Of a stretch of 64,000 bases of DNA, positions 18,504 to 31,100 are shown in pieces; within the stretch, counting starts at the first letter, position 1, and every line of letters begins with the position of its first letter. A program made the position numbers and the translations under genes. This DNA comes from an uncultured Myxococcales bacterium (GTDB taxonomy: Bacteria > Myxococcota_A > UBA9042 > CAIXZC01). The notes beneath the pieces were generated by a model that saw only the letters and a list, made by a program, of their open reading frames with translations, was not told where the DNA came from and ran no database searches. Where the stretch lies: the NCBI GenBank assembly GCA_964593355.1, contig CAZQHM010000021.1:1565-65564 (forward strand), given 5' to 3'.

Positions 18504-19760
18504 TTGAGACTGCTGGTTAGAAACATAGGTCAGCTGTTGACCATGAGCGGGCCTGCGTGGGGAGAGGGCATCGAGCCGCTGGGGCTGGTGAGCCGGGCAG
18601 CGCTTGTGGCTGTGGAGGGGCGAGTGGTGTGGAGGGGGGCGGAACTGGATCTGCCAGCGGAGTACAGCGGGTTTCCCGCAATGGATGCCCAAGGTGCGGT
18701 GGTGATGCCGGGATTGGTAGAGTGTCACACCCATCTTCTCTTTGCTGGTGACCGCTCCCACGAATTTGAGCTGAGGTGCCTCGGGGCATCCTACGAGCGC
18801 ATCGCCGAGGCCGGGGGAGGGATTCTGAACACCATGAAGGCAACCCGCTCAGCTTCCAAAGCGGAGTTGGTTGGTTTAGGTGTTGAGAGGCTTGGCCGTT
18901 TCCTGGGCTATGGAGTCACCACGGTGGAGGCCAAGACCGGTTACGGTCTGGAGCGTGAGACTGAATTCAGGATGCTGGAGGCGGCCAGGGAGTTGAACAG
19001 TCACAGCGAATTCGAGGTGGTATCAACCTTCCTGGCTGCGCACACGGTGCCGCCGGAGTTCAAGGCGAACCGAGGGGAGTATGTTCGGCTTGTATGTCAA
19101 GAATGGATCCCAGAGGTGGCCCGCCTAGGGCTGGCAGAGTTCGTGGATGTCTTCAGCGAGGCGGGGGCTTTCACCCTGGCGGAGACCGAGCAGGTCTTCC
19201 AGTCCGCACGGGCTGCGGGGCTTCGGCTGAAGATTCACTCGGAGCAGTTGACCCACTCCGGAGCGACCAGGCTTGGTGCCAGTTATGGCTGCGTCAGTGC
19301 CGATCACCTGGAGTTCATTGATGAAGAGGACGCGCAGGCCCTTGCGGCAAGCAGCACGATAGCTGTGCTGCTTCCTGGTGCCACGGCCTTTCTGGGCAAG
19401 AAGAACTATGCACCGGCGCATCTGCTCAGGAAGCACGGGGTCACTGTGGCGGTCTCCACGGACTTCAACCCTGGCAGCAGCCACACCATGAACATGTGGC
19501 TCATGGGCACGCTGGGGTGCGCTTATTACGGTATGACACCGGCGCAGATGCTCAACGCTATGACCCGCGGTGCGGCCCTGGCACTCTGCCGAGAGGATCT
19601 TGGTACGCTGGATTCAGGAAGCCAGGCGGACTTTGTTTTGTTGCGTCATGGTGACTGGAACCGGGCCCTTTATGAGTTCGGAGAGAATCCTGTGGCCAGC
19701 GTCTTCAAGCGGGGCCGGCCGGTTGTGGTCGAGAATTCGCAGCAACCCTTGACACTTTGA
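18504..19760 (+). CDS. hutI: Imidazolonepropionase (HutI)
   Basis: 'MPGLVECHTHLLFAGDRSHEFELRCLGASYERIAEAGGGILNTMKATRSAS' aligns with the HutI metal-binding HxH and catalytic region; 418 aa amidohydrolase fold. Confidence 0.85.
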   Translation: MRLLVRNIGQLLTMSGPAWGEGIEPLGLVSRAALVAVEGRVVWRGAELDLPAEYSGFPAMDAQGAVVMPGLVECHTHLLFAGDRSHEFELRCLGASYERIAEAGGGILNTMKATRSASKAELVGLGVERLGRFLGYGVTTVEAKTGYGLERETEFRMLEAARELNSHSEFEVVSTFLAAHTVPPEFKANRGEYVRLVCQEWIPEVARLGLAEFVDVFSEAGAFTLAETEQVFQSARAAGLRLKIHSEQLTHSGATRLGASYGCVSADHLEFIDEEDAQALAASSTIAVLLPGATAFLGKKNYAPAHLLRKHGVTVAVSTDFNPGSSHTMNMWLMGTLGCAYYGMTPAQMLNAMTRGAALALCREDLGTLDSGSQADFVLLRHGDWNRALYEFGENPVASVFKRGRPVVVENSQQPLTL

Positions 19761-19800
19761 GCCGGTGGTCTACGCTACTAGCCGTCAATCCTCTTTCTGA

Positions 19801-22800
19801 GTGGCAGGCAAGATGGGGTTTTGGGAACTGCTGGTGCGCATAGATTACCTGATTTTCCTAGCCCTCATAGCTGTCGGCTTCATGCTCGTTCGTCTGCTTT
19901 TTCGCCGACGCATCGAGGAGTTCCGCTCTGAGTGCAAAAAATACGCTGGAACGATGCAGCGGCTATTCAGCCAGCTATATTGGACTGCCGTCGGCATCGT
20001 GCTGGTTGGCGGCTGGGCTGTGGTTGCTTGGCTGGGCCCACCTGATGTCGAGTTGTCACCCACCTCGTCCCAGGCCATCTTCATGGGGCTCCGGTTCATG
20101 GTCATGGGGGCAACGGCTCTCCTCATCCTTGCGCTTTCGGGCTTCTACCTGTGGCTCAGGAGGCTGACCCTCTACAAGGCCAAGGTGCGGGTCGTGGAGG
20201 GGCAGCTTGCTGGGCAGGTCGCCATGCGCGAGGCGCTGGTGAACGGGGGCAGCTATCTGATTATGGTGGTTGACGATCAGGGTCGCATCGAAATGATCAA
20301 CCGGGCGGCGCAGAGGGCCTTGGGCTACTCGGAACAAGAGGCCGTTGGGCGCCTGGAATTGCTCACTCTCCTGGACCATCAGCAGGTCGAAGGATACGCT
20401 GCCTTTGTGTCGGCCCAATTGGAGCGGACGGTAGACCCCGGTTTTGGGGCCATCAGAGAGTTGGTCGCATCGGGGACCGTGGTTGAGAGGGATTGGCTTG
20501 CCGTGGCCAAGGATGGCCGCCGCTTCTGGCTCAGTCTTGCCATCTCACCTATGAGGGCGGACCAGGATTCCAGGGGTTCCTATCTCGTCGTGGGCAGCGA
20601 TGTAAGCGGCAGAAAGGCCGTGGAGACAGCGGTTACATCCAGGGACCGGCTGCTCCAGGCCGTGGCCAAGAGCGCAGCGGGGATGCTGGGTCTAACCAGC
20701 GCCTCCAATGCCATGGAACGAACCATAAGGGAGTTGGGGCTGGGCGTTGGCGTTGACCGAGTGCAGGCTTTCGAAATAGTGGCTGCTTCAGATGGCACTG
20801 GCCCCGTAGCCGCCCGAAGAGCAGTGTGGGTGCGTTCGGGGGTCTCCCCGGCGGCTCACGCAGCGGGCAGCACCGGCACTACGGGCGATGAGTGGCCCGT
20901 TCACTGGTTCTCCCTCCTGCGAGAGGGTCGCCCCATACTCACCGGTGTGGATGGTGATATCCCCGGGCTTCATGCAGTGGTTGAGCAGAGAGAACTCAAG
21001 AGCCTGATGCTCATCCCGGTGCCAGCGGAGGAGTCGTTCTGGGGCTTCCTATCCTTCGAATGTGTGGACAAAGAGCGCTTCTTTGACGATGCGGAGGTGG
21101 CAATCCTCTGCTCTGCCGGTACTGCCCTCGGGGCCACGCTCCACAGGCTGGACGTGGAGCGTTCGTTGTTCGTTAGCGAGCAACGCTTTCGTGATGTCTC
21201 CCTTGCCCTGGCAGACTGGGTCTGGGAGAGCGACAGCGCTGGACGATATGTCTACTGCTCAGAGAGGGTCCAGGACTCACTTGGGTATCGGCCCGAGGAG
21301 TTTGTGGGGCGCCCCTTGCTGGAGTTCGTGCACCAGGAGGACCGGGCCCGTGTAGCGGGAGTGATAACCCGCATGATCTCCGAGGGTGCTCCTATCCAGA
21401 ATGTCATCTGGCGAGCCCACACAAGGGATGGACGCCTCATAGTGTTTTCCGTAAGCGCTGTGGCCGTCCGGGACGAACGTGGGAACTACCTGGGACACCG
21501 TGGTGTGCACCAGGATGTCACCGAGGCTCGGATGCAAGAGGAGGCCCTCAGGGCCAGTGAGTCGCAAGTTAGAACCCTCATTCTGGCGATGCCCGACTGG
21601 ATGCTGGTCACGGACCCCGAGCATCAGATTCTGGACTGCATCAACATGCCCGGCGATGCTCTCCCGCTCAACGCAGCGGCCATGATTGGTCGGCCCATAA
21701 GCAGTGTCTTCCCCGAGGAGTCCACTCTGCAACTCGTGAAGGCCCATAACCGGGTGCGAGACCTTGGGCAGACACAGACCACGGAGTTTGTGCTCTCTGT
21801 GAAGGGGGAGCAGCGCCACTTCGAGGCTCGCTGTACGCTTTTTGATGCAGATAGGGTGCTCACCATAACCCGCGATATTACCGACCGCCGGCTGGCAGAA
21901 GAGGAGATGCGAAGGGCTAGAGCCGCTGCCGAAGCAGCTAGCAGAGCAAAGAGTCAGTTCCTGGCCAACACCAGCCACGAGATAAGAACGCCAATGAACG
22001 GCATCATCGGCATGGCGGAGCTGGCGCTGGATACGGACCTGACTCAGGAGCAGCGCGGCTACCTCGAAACGGTGCGGCGTTCTGCCGAGACCCTCCTCTC
22101 TATCATTAACGATGTGCTGGACCTCTCGAAGATCGAGGCAAGGAAGCTGGAACTGGAGAGGATTCCGTTCCGGCTGTCCGAGACCCTTGAAGAATCCATC
22201 CGTAACAATGCCCCCCGAGCCTTCGGCAAGGGGCTCGATCTCCTTGTCGATATCGATGAGAATACTCAAGAAGAATTTTTGGGTGATCCGCTTCGATTGC
22301 GTCAGGTTATATCAAATCTTCTATCAAATGCCATAAAATTCACATCGGAGGGTCAGGTTCGGCTTGTTGTAAGTGCTGAGGAGACCTTTGGGCAGACGGT
22401 CAAAGTGCATTTTGAGGTTAGGGATACGGGCATAGGAATCGCGCCAGAACACACAGAACGGGTCTTCGAGGCGTTCGTCCAGGCTGATGGCGGTACCACC
22501 AGAAAATACGGAGGAACCGGGCTGGGCCTGGCCATTACGCGGCAGCTTGTGCAGCTGATGGGGGGTAGGATCTGGGTGGAGAGCGAACTGGGAGGAGGCA
22601 GCTCATTCCATGTGACGCTGCCTCTGGAGACAATCTCTGATGCAAAAGCAGGGGCGGGTCTGTTGGACATGCCGGCGCTGAGCGTTCTGGTGGCCCACAG
22701 CGAGAGCGAGGCCAGGGAGATTCTGCTGCGCGACCTTCGTTTCCTGGGGCTCTTCGCTTTTGGAGTCTCCACGGGCGATGAGGCTCTAGATGAGTTGCTG

Positions 22801-24024
22801 CAGGCCCAGAATGAAGGTCGTCCCTTTGAATTGGCCATCGTGGACTCCGATGTGCAGGGGTTGGGCTTCTACGATCTTGCGGCCCGGATGAACGAAGACC
22901 CAAGGAACCGCACGGTCATGATCCCAATGCTCTCTCCCGACAGCGTCGTCACGGATGCTGACAGGTGCCGGGCTTTGGGTGCGCCATCGTATCTTCTCAA
23001 GCCTGCGATGCGGTTCGCCATAAGACATGCGGTCCGGGTGGCTATTGGGCTGGAATCTGCGCAAACTCGTCGCAACGAGAGCAAGAGCCCGCAATCTGGA
23101 GGCCAGGTGGTACCAGCGCTGGTGAGGGGCGAGGGGCTCAAGGTGCTTGTGGCGGAGGACAACCCAACGAATCTGGCGCTTGCCTGGGCCATGCTGAATC
23201 GTGGCGGCTGCAACGTGGTAGTTGCCAACGATGGTCGTGAGGCTGTGGAGAAATGGAAAGCGGAGGCCTTCGACCTGGTCCTCATGGATGTCCAGATGCC
23301 CGAGATGGATGGTGTTGAGGCAACGAGGGCCATACGACAGCTTGAGTTGGGCACGCCTTATCATGTCCCCATTGTCGCGATGACAGCACACGCTATGAAG
23401 GGGGATCGTGAGCGCTTCTTGAGGTCCGGCATGGACGGGTATGTGGCCAAGCCCGTGCGGGCTGCGGATCTGTGGCAGGAGATTGGAGCTGTCCGAGGTA
23501 GGCTGGCCGGTACCCCCGCCCACGCTCACTATTCTCCCCTCATCGTCGATATGGATTCAAGACAGATACCCGTGGCTGCGCTTGCCGACACTGCGTGGGG
23601 TGGACCCGGGGGGCCGGGTTCTCTGGAAGTGCCGCCCCTGGCTTCTGAGTCCGATTTGGCCAATTCGCTCCCGGTGTTTGATCTAAGAGCCACTTGTGAG
23701 CAGTTGGGATTGGAGCGTAGCGTTGTAGTCAGGCTGCTCTCCTTCTACCTGACTGATCTGCCGCGACATGTTCAGGCCATTGAGCAGTCCATGGAGGCTG
23801 GCGACCACGAGCGAATTCGACGCCACGCTCACAGCCTTAAGGGCAGTTCAGCCAACCTGGGTGTTCGATCGATCAGTGCTATGGCACGGGAGATCGAAGA
23901 TAGCGCCATAAGTGGAGATCTTGAAGCGGCGGTGGATGTGGTTCGAGATCTTCCACTCGCGGCCAAAGCACTTAGAGAGGCTCTGCGGATGGAAGCGCCG
24001 GAAGCTTTGGAGGAGCAGCAATGA
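19801..24024 (+). CDS. Hybrid sensor histidine kinase: TM-PAS/GAF multi-sensor, HisKA-HATPase, pseudo-receiver, receiver, Hpt
   Basis: N-terminal TM segments are present. HisKA 'SHEIRTPMNGIIGMAELALDT'. HATPase 'GTGLGLAITRQLVQLMGGRIWVESELGGGSSFHVTLP'. The first REC-like segment lacks the acidic pocket. REC 'KVLVAEDNPTNLALAWAMLNRGGCNVVVANDG...LVLMDVQMPEMDGVEATRAIR'. Hpt 'HAHSLKGSSANLG'. Confidence 0.9.
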   Translation: MAGKMGFWELLVRIDYLIFLALIAVGFMLVRLLFRRRIEEFRSECKKYAGTMQRLFSQLYWTAVGIVLVGGWAVVAWLGPPDVELSPTSSQAIFMGLRFMVMGATALLILALSGFYLWLRRLTLYKAKVRVVEGQLAGQVAMREALVNGGSYLIMVVDDQGRIEMINRAAQRALGYSEQEAVGRLELLTLLDHQQVEGYAAFVSAQLERTVDPGFGAIRELVASGTVVERDWLAVAKDGRRFWLSLAISPMRADQDSRGSYLVVGSDVSGRKAVETAVTSRDRLLQAVAKSAAGMLGLTSASNAMERTIRELGLGVGVDRVQAFEIVAASDGTGPVAARRAVWVRSGVSPAAHAAGSTGTTGDEWPVHWFSLLREGRPILTGVDGDIPGLHAVVEQRELKSLMLIPVPAEESFWGFLSFECVDKERFFDDAEVAILCSAGTALGATLHRLDVERSLFVSEQRFRDVSLALADWVWESDSAGRYVYCSERVQDSLGYRPEEFVGRPLLEFVHQEDRARVAGVITRMISEGAPIQNVIWRAHTRDGRLIVFSVSAVAVRDERGNYLGHRGVHQDVTEARMQEEALRASESQVRTLILAMPDWMLVTDPEHQILDCINMPGDALPLNAAAMIGRPISSVFPEESTLQLVKAHNRVRDLGQTQTTEFVLSVKGEQRHFEARCTLFDADRVLTITRDITDRRLAEEEMRRARAAAEAASRAKSQFLANTSHEIRTPMNGIIGMAELALDTDLTQEQRGYLETVRRSAETLLSIINDVLDLSKIEARKLELERIPFRLSETLEESIRNNAPRAFGKGLDLLVDIDENTQEEFLGDPLRLRQVISNLLSNAIKFTSEGQVRLVVSAEETFGQTVKVHFEVRDTGIGIAPEHTERVFEAFVQADGGTTRKYGGTGLGLAITRQLVQLMGGRIWVESELGGGSSFHVTLPLETISDAKAGAGLLDMPALSVLVAHSESEAREILLRDLRFLGLFAFGVSTGDEALDELLQAQNEGRPFELAIVDSDVQGLGFYDLAARMNEDPRNRTVMIPMLSPDSVVTDADRCRALGAPSYLLKPAMRFAIRHAVRVAIGLESAQTRRNESKSPQSGGQVVPALVRGEGLKVLVAEDNPTNLALAWAMLNRGGCNVVVANDGREAVEKWKAEAFDLVLMDVQMPEMDGVEATRAIRQLELGTPYHVPIVAMTAHAMKGDRERFLRSGMDGYVAKPVRAADLWQEIGAVRGRLAGTPAHAHYSPLIVDMDSRQIPVAALADTAWGGPGGPGSLEVPPLASESDLANSLPVFDLRATCEQLGLERSVVVRLLSFYLTDLPRHVQAIEQSMEAGDHERIRRHAHSLKGSSANLGVRSISAMAREIEDSAISGDLEAAVDVVRDLPLAAKALREALRMEAPEALEEQQ

Positions 24025-24941
24025 GGATACTGCTGGCCGAAGACGACCCTGTCTCCCTGCAGATGCTGAGGCTCATGCTTGAGAAGTCGGGCCACGAGCT
24101 CACGTGCGTTTCCGATGGAGACGAAGCATGGCAAGTGCTCCAGCGGCCGGATGCGCCCCCGTTGGCCATTCTGGACTGGATGATGCCCGGTATCGACGGT
24201 CCTGACCTGTGCCGGCGGGTGCGGGCAATGAACAGGGTGAGCTATACTTATATGATTCTGCTCACCGCAAGATCCGCCGGAGGAGATCTCATTGAGGGGC
24301 TGAATTCTGGCGCCGACGACTTCGTTGCCAAACCATTCCGGCACGATGAGCTTCACGCAAGAATCAGAACCGCCGCAAGAATCCTGGACCTGCAGGAACA
24401 GTTGCTGGCCTCCAACAAAGAACTGGAGCGACGAGCAACCCACGACGGGCTGACCGGGGTCTACAACAGAACGGCGATTATCGAGTTTCTTGGCAAGGAA
24501 CTCACCAGATCCACTCGCCGTGGCAACTACTCGGTGGCGGCCATATTGCTGGACATTGACTTCTTCAAGAGGATCAACGACGGCTTTGGCCACCAGGTGG
24601 GCGATACGGTGCTCTGCGAGGTCACCAGGCGAATCATGGATGGCCTGAGGCCGTACGACGTCCTGGGCCGATATGGCGGTGAGGAGTTCCTGGTGGTCCT
24701 CTCTGATTGCGACGTGGACCAGGGGCTCACCGTGGCCGAGAGAATCAGGCTCTCATGCGGCTCAACTCCTATTGTTGTTGGCCCCCACTCGCTCTGGGTT
24801 ACTGTAAGTCTCGGTGTTGCAGTGGCCGACTCAACAGAAACCAGTGTCGATGAGCTAATCTTCCGTGCCGATATGGTGCTCTACAAAGCTAAAGCCGAGG
24901 GGCGTAACCAAGCCAAAGTGTGGGAAGCAGACAAAGCCTGA
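24021..24941 (+). CDS. Response regulator with GGDEF diguanylate cyclase domain (REC-GGDEF)
   Basis: REC 'MRILLAEDDPVSLQMLRLMLEKSGHELTCVSDG...LDWMMPGIDGPDLCRRVRA'. GGDEF 'RYGGEEFLVVL' plus 'DFFKRINDGFGHQVGD'. The start overlaps the kinase stop (ATGA), consistent with an operon. Confidence 0.9.
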   Translation: MRILLAEDDPVSLQMLRLMLEKSGHELTCVSDGDEAWQVLQRPDAPPLAILDWMMPGIDGPDLCRRVRAMNRVSYTYMILLTARSAGGDLIEGLNSGADDFVAKPFRHDELHARIRTAARILDLQEQLLASNKELERRATHDGLTGVYNRTAIIEFLGKELTRSTRRGNYSVAAILLDIDFFKRINDGFGHQVGDTVLCEVTRRIMDGLRPYDVLGRYGGEEFLVVLSDCDVDQGLTVAERIRLSCGSTPIVVGPHSLWVTVSLGVAVADSTETSVDELIFRADMVLYKAKAEGRNQAKVWEADKA

Positions 24942-25165
24942 GCCCAATATCCCCTGTATCCATTTAGGCATATGTAAATATCTCCCGATTACTTATGGAT
25001 TGTCCGGTTAGAGAGGCCGGGACAGCAGCGTGGGAGCCTTCATGGCCAAGGTCTCCGTCGATGCATTGAGGTGGGCTGCGATCCATGACCGCAAGTGGTT
25101 GGGTACCCTGCGCCGGAAGGGGCGGGCGGGGGGTGACACCGCTGTCTTGCCCCCCGTGACGATTT

Positions 25166-28100
25166 CTACGGGTTCTGGAACAGATAGATGTCCAGGATGT
25201 AGTTCGCCGTCGCTTCCGAGGGATGAACGGTGGAATAGGATCCGAAGTTCTGGTCAACGATGATGAAGTACCAGCCTGGCACCAGCCGCATTTTCTGGTA
25301 GGTGTCTGAGCCGGGAGTCCAGGAGTCCGGGTAGGCGCCGTAGTCGGCCACAAGCCCGTCACCGTCGGTGCAGACGTACTTGTCTGTGCCAACCTGGTCC
25401 ATAGCCGTGCCTGAGATCAGGTGCAGCCTTGGGCCTCGCCCGGAACTCCACGCGCCGCTCTTCTCCAGCCTGATCCAGACGTAAGATTCGTGCAGCAGCT
25501 GGAACGAGTAGAAGTGGTCCACACCGTCGGCATAGGTGGCTGACCCCACAGGCTTGTTGCACTCAACCGTGGTATAGCCGCTGGATGTCCTCCAGTCGTC
25601 GCGGGCACCACCAAGGTTGGTCCCCGTTCCCGACCAGGTCCCCATGACCGCCAAGTGGCACATGGTCCCCGACTCGCAGTTCTGGTGAGGATCCAGGACG
25701 CTGGCGTTTCCGGCGAAGTCTCTGGGGCTTCTGCAATCCACAGGGTTGGACCCTGCAGACTCGGTTGAGATCTGAGAAGCAGGCTGCATCCAGACCAGTC
25801 CGTCCACTACCTCCCCGTAGGCCGGTCCGCTGCACTGGCAGTCGCCGCACATGCGGTAGTAGGTCATGGAGAGGTTGAAGTCACCCTTGGTTCCGCTGGT
25901 TCCGTCAACTATCACGAAGTAGTTGCGATTCTTCTCGGCGAAGAAGCTCACGGTGCAGCCATCGGCGTCTCCGCAGTGGATGCTGGAGCCCACCACTGCA
26001 CCTCCACAACCATCCTGCCTGACTACCAGCGATGGGTACCACTGGATTGTCTGGTAGGTCAGTGTGGCATGGACCAGCGCCCCCTCGTCGGAGTTGACGT
26101 TGAAGCGGAAGACCCTCTCGGGCTCTGTCAAGCCGTAGGTGTTGCCGCCAGAGAGGAAGCTGTGTGTGCTGGCCGGCGCTCCGAAAGTTGAACCGGCGTA
26201 AGACCTCGTGACGCCACGGTCGGTGCCTACCTCAAGCTGGATTGGGTTGGTGCAAGCGCCACCACAGCACGGTGTTGCCCCCGGCGGGCACGGAGAGGTC
26301 GTCTCGCACCCCTGGCACGCTGTCCCGGCGGCCATGCAGATGTTCTCAGAACAGCAGTTCGAATCGCTGCCGCAGGAGGTTCTGCACAGGGCACCGTCAC
26401 AAACGTAGGGACAACAACTGTACTCCGCCTGAGCGATGCACGCCCCCAATCCGTTACAGATGTTGGGAGGTCTCACGGTGCTGCCCAGGCAAGCTTGGCT
26501 GGTGCACAGCGTGCCGTGAGCCCACAAAGCGCAAGAATAGCCGCTGCCCGAGCAGGAGCCGTTGGTGCCGCAGGTGCCCGGATCAGAAGTTGCACATTCG
26601 TCCATGTAGTCCTGATTGGCAGGAACAAGCATGCAGAGCCCTGAACCGTCACACATACCACATGTGCCACAGTTGTTGTCAGGATCTGTATTTATCACCG
26701 AGAATGAGCAGGTACCTTCCGCACCTACAAGGTTGCACTGCTGGCAATTGCCAGTGCATGCAGTATTGCAGCAGTACCCGTCCACACAGAAGTCCGAGAG
26801 GCACTGGTTGGCACCAGTACAGGTGCTGCCCGTAGGCTTCTTGGGCACGCAGGCGTTGCTGGAGCAGTAGTGCCCCGCTGCGCAGCCGGTGTCGTCAAGG
26901 CAACTGACAGCACAAGAGGCCCCGCTGCAAACATACGGAGAGCAGGTGGCAGTTCCCGAGTCAACGCAGTTTCCTGCCCCATCGCAGAGGTCGCTGGGGT
27001 GCAGCGTAGTACCAGAGCAGGTCTGGGTCACGCACACCGTCCCCGCCACGAAGTTCTGGCATGTGCTGGAACCGCTGCACGTTGCGCAGGAACCGCATTC
27101 GTTCTCGGGGTCGAACCCGGCCCCGATGGGGGTGCAGGTTCCATCGCCAGAGACGTTGCACACCTCGCAAGTGCCGTTGCATGCAGTGGAGCAGCAGACG
27201 CCGTCTACACAATTGCCCGAGAGGCACTGCCCGGCGCTTGTGCAGGTCTCGCCGCCTGCCCTCTTGTTCACGCACACAGAGCCGTTGCACCACGCCGTGG
27301 GGCAGCAGTCCGTGGCCTGAGTGGCCACGGTGCAACTGGTCCGGCAAGCGTTGGTGCCGCACATGTATGGGCAGCAGGAGGAGGTTCCGGCATCGGAACA
27401 TGACCCGGACCCGCTGCAGAAGTCCGCAGGATAGTACGTAGAGCCGCCTGCAGGGCAGCTGGCGGGAGCACACTGGGTTGTTGTGCTCCAGAAGCGGCAA
27501 GCGCCGGCCCCATCGCAGGAGCCGTCGGTTCCGCAGGGGGCCTGGGCGGCGCACTGCTCTTTGGGATCCTGGCCGTCGGTGGCGAACTTGCACGCTCCAG
27601 CACCGTCACAGACCGAGCAGAGCGGGCAGTCACCGTATGAATCTTCGTTGTTTGGCACGAAGTCGCAGGTGCCTTCTTTGCCTGCTACGTCGCAAGCTTT
27701 GCAGTTGCCCTCACAAGAGTTGTTACAGCATACACCGTCTACGCAGAACCCGGAGAGGCACTCGTTGGAGCCGCCGCAGGTTGCCCCGAGGCTCTTCTTG
27801 GCCACGCAGTTGGGGGTGTTGCACCAGAAGCCGCCGGCGCAGTGGGCGTCGTCGCTGCAGTTGGTGGCGCAGGCGCCACCCATGCAAACATAAGGCGAGC
27901 ACTCCACGGTACCCATGTCGACGCAGGTTCCGCCGCCGTCGCACTCATCGGGGACGTAGAGCGTGGAGCCACTGCACGAGGCAGTGGTGCACTCCGTTCC
28001 CGCTGTTGGCAGCCTGCACGCACCGCTCCCGTCGCAGAGCCCGTCGTTGAGGCAGCCGTCGGGCTCGCACTCAGACTCTGGGTCAGTGCCTGCGAGGGCA

Positions 28101-31100
28101 GGGGCGCAAGCGTGCGCAGCGTTGCAGAGCATACAGATGCCACACTCGTTGTCGGGGTCGCTGTCCGGGGCATGCTTGCTGCACGTACCCAGAAGTCCAG
28201 GCAGCGCACACGACTCGCAAGAGCCGTCGCAGGCCGTGGCGCAGCAGTAGCCGTCGACACAGTAGCCGGTGGCGCACTCCTCGTCAGCGGAACAGGTGGT
28301 CCCCGTGGGCTTGTCGTTGAGGCATGCACCGCTTTGGCAATAGGCGCTGGAGCAGCACTGCTCGTGTCCGGTGCAGGCGGTACCGCAGGCATCGCCACTG
28401 CACAGGTAGGGGCAGCAGCTCACGCTGCCTGCGTCAACGCAAGTACCAGCTCCGGAACAGCGTTGGGGGTCGAAGAGTGTGTCCGCCACGCAGCGTTGCG
28501 GACCGCACAGGACGTCTGCCGCCCAGAACTCGCAGGCGCCTGCCACGCACTCTCCAGTGGTGCCGCAGCTCTCTGGGGCCTCCACCGCGCAGTCATTGCC
28601 CGGGTCGGTGCCGTCGGGTGCCACAGTGCAGTAGCCAATGCCGTTGCACGCCTGGCAGAGCCCGCACTCGTTATACGGATCGGTTCCGGAGGCAAACGAG
28701 GTACAGGTTCCTTCACTGCCAGGCTCAGCGCAGCCACGGCATCCACCGGTGCACGACGAGTTGCAGCAGAACCCGTCCACGCAGAACCCCGAGGCACACT
28801 CGCCTGCCCCGGAGCAGGTAAGGCCGTCGGCCTTCTTGGGCACGCAGCTTCCTGACTGGCAGTAGTTGCCGGAGCAACAGTTGGAGTGTGCCGAGCAGGT
28901 AGTGCGGCAGGCGCCGCCGATGTCCGCACAGGTGTAAGGACAGCAACTGCTGTTCGTGCTGCAGCAGACAACCTGGGCCACGGAGGCCCTGGCGGTGCAC
29001 TGCAACGGTACGCTGCCCAAGTTATCCGGATTGGCAGGGCCGGTGTAGTAGCTATCCTCTCCGCACTCGGAGAGCGTCCAGACCCTCTGGGCGTCGATTC
29101 CGCATCCGGCTCCCTGGGCCTCTCGGTTGTTGACCTCGGCCCAGGTGCAGAGCCTTGCATTACGGCTCTCGCAGAGCGCCTTGGCTTCCGAGAAGGAGAT
29201 TGCCACGCCGCAGGGGTCGGCCTCGCTGCACGTTGCGTCGCTTCCTGCCCCGGCATCCCATCCAAGGGTTTCGCAAGAGCTGAGAGCGCCGACGCAGGTG
29301 CCGTCGCCGTCGCAGTACTTCGATGAGCTGAAGGTAGAGCCTGCGCACGAGGGAGAGGAGCAGGAGGTTCCACCGGCCCATAGTCGGCAGGCTCCCTTAC
29401 CGTTGCACTGGCCATCTCTTCCGCAGGTGGATGGAAGCTGTGCCCCGCACTGATTCTTGGGGTCACTTCCTTCGGCTGCGAAGGTGCAGGTGCCAGTTCC
29501 GTTGCAGACCTGGCAGGTGCCGCACTCGCCATCGGGGTCGGAGGTATTGGGAACGAAGGAGCAAGTGCCCAGTTGGCCCGCGAGGGCGCAGGTACGGCAG
29601 GTGCCGGTGCAGCCGCTGTCGCAGCAGACCCCGTCCACGCAGTATCCAGTCTGACACTGGTTAGCCGCCCCGCACGGTGTTCCCAAGGGTTCTTTGGGCA
29701 GGCAGACAGTCCCGGCGCAGTAGTTGCCTGTTGCGCAGTCCGAGTCCAGGGAGCAGGCGGTGAGGCATGCCAACCCTTCAGTGTTGCACCGGTAGGGTTG
29801 GCAAGTCTGAGTGCCGGAGTCGATGCACGAACCGGTTCCGTTGCACATGTCTGCGTTGTAGAGCAGGTCACCCACACACACTTCGGATACGCAGACAGTT
29901 CCGGCGGAGAAGAGCGAGCAAGCGCCTGCCCCATCGCATTCGCCCGAGAAGCCGCACGTTGCCGGGCCCTGCTGCACGCAGTCGTTGAGCGGGTCTGTGC
30001 CCGCGGCAACGGCTTGGCAAGCCCCCGCCCCGTCACAGGCCCGGCAGAGGCCGCACTCATTACCGGGGTCGCTGGCGGCCGGGATGGCGCTGCAAGTGCC
30101 AAGAGCACCGGCCACGGCGCAGGAGAGACAGGTTCCGGCGCAGGCTGAGTCGCAGCAGACGCCATCCACGCAGTAGCCGCTTTCGCACTCAGCCGAGGAG
30201 GAGCAGGTCTCGCCAAGGGCCGCAATGCGCAGGCACTTACCGGCCTCGCAGCGATAACCGTCGCAGCAGTCCGATGCCGAGGCACACATGGTCAAGCAGC
30301 CGCTTCCACCACACTTGTAGGGGCAGCAGCTATCGGCGAAGGCGCAGCATCGGGCATAAGCAAGCCCGGTATTGGCGGTGCACTGCAGGGGCACTGCTCC
30401 GGAGAAGGCAGTGGAGCCTGCCAGAGTGTAGTGGGAATCCTCGCCGCACTCGGAGAGGGCCCACACCCGCTTGTCGTCATAGCCGCACCCGCTGCCCGCT
30501 GCCTCGTTGGCCGAGAGTTCTCCCCAACTGCAGAGTCGAGCGTTCTGGGAAGCGCAGAAGGAGAGGGCTTGTTCAAAGGTGACGAGGCCCGAGCATGGGT
30601 CGGACTCGGAGCAGACCCAGAGGTACCCGGGGGTTCTTTGCCATGCCGAGGTCTCGCAGCCCAGGGTTTCAGCGATACAGGTGCCGTTGCCGTCGCAGTA
30701 GCGAGGCTCGCTGATGGTGTCGCCGGTGCAGGCGTAGCTGGAGCAGAGTGTGCCGGCAGGCCATTGGCGGCATGCGCCCTTGCCGTTGCAGACGCCATCC
30801 AGGCCGCAAGTCGAGGGGTGCTCCGGGGCGCAGTCATTCTTGGGATCCTGGCCCTCGGCGGCGTTGACGCAGGAGCCCATACCGTTGCAGGTTGCGCATG
30901 CGCCACACTCACCAGCGGGGTCAAGACCAGAGCCGATGTTGGTACAGGTTCCGGCACTGCCCGGCATGTTGCAGGCCCGGCACGAGCCCGCGCAGGCGCT
31001 GTTGCAGCAGTAGCCGTCGATGCAATTCCCCGAGACGCACTGCTGTGCCTCGGAACAGGTTGCCCCGTTGGTGAGTTTGGGGACGCAACTGCTGCCGGAG

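Noticed and set aside
24942-25165. G6/C6 stem and AT-rich patch between the convergent GGDEF and giant genes as intrinsic terminators
   Set aside because: The stems are imperfect and lack a following U-tract on either strand. They are plausible but not supportable from sequence alone.
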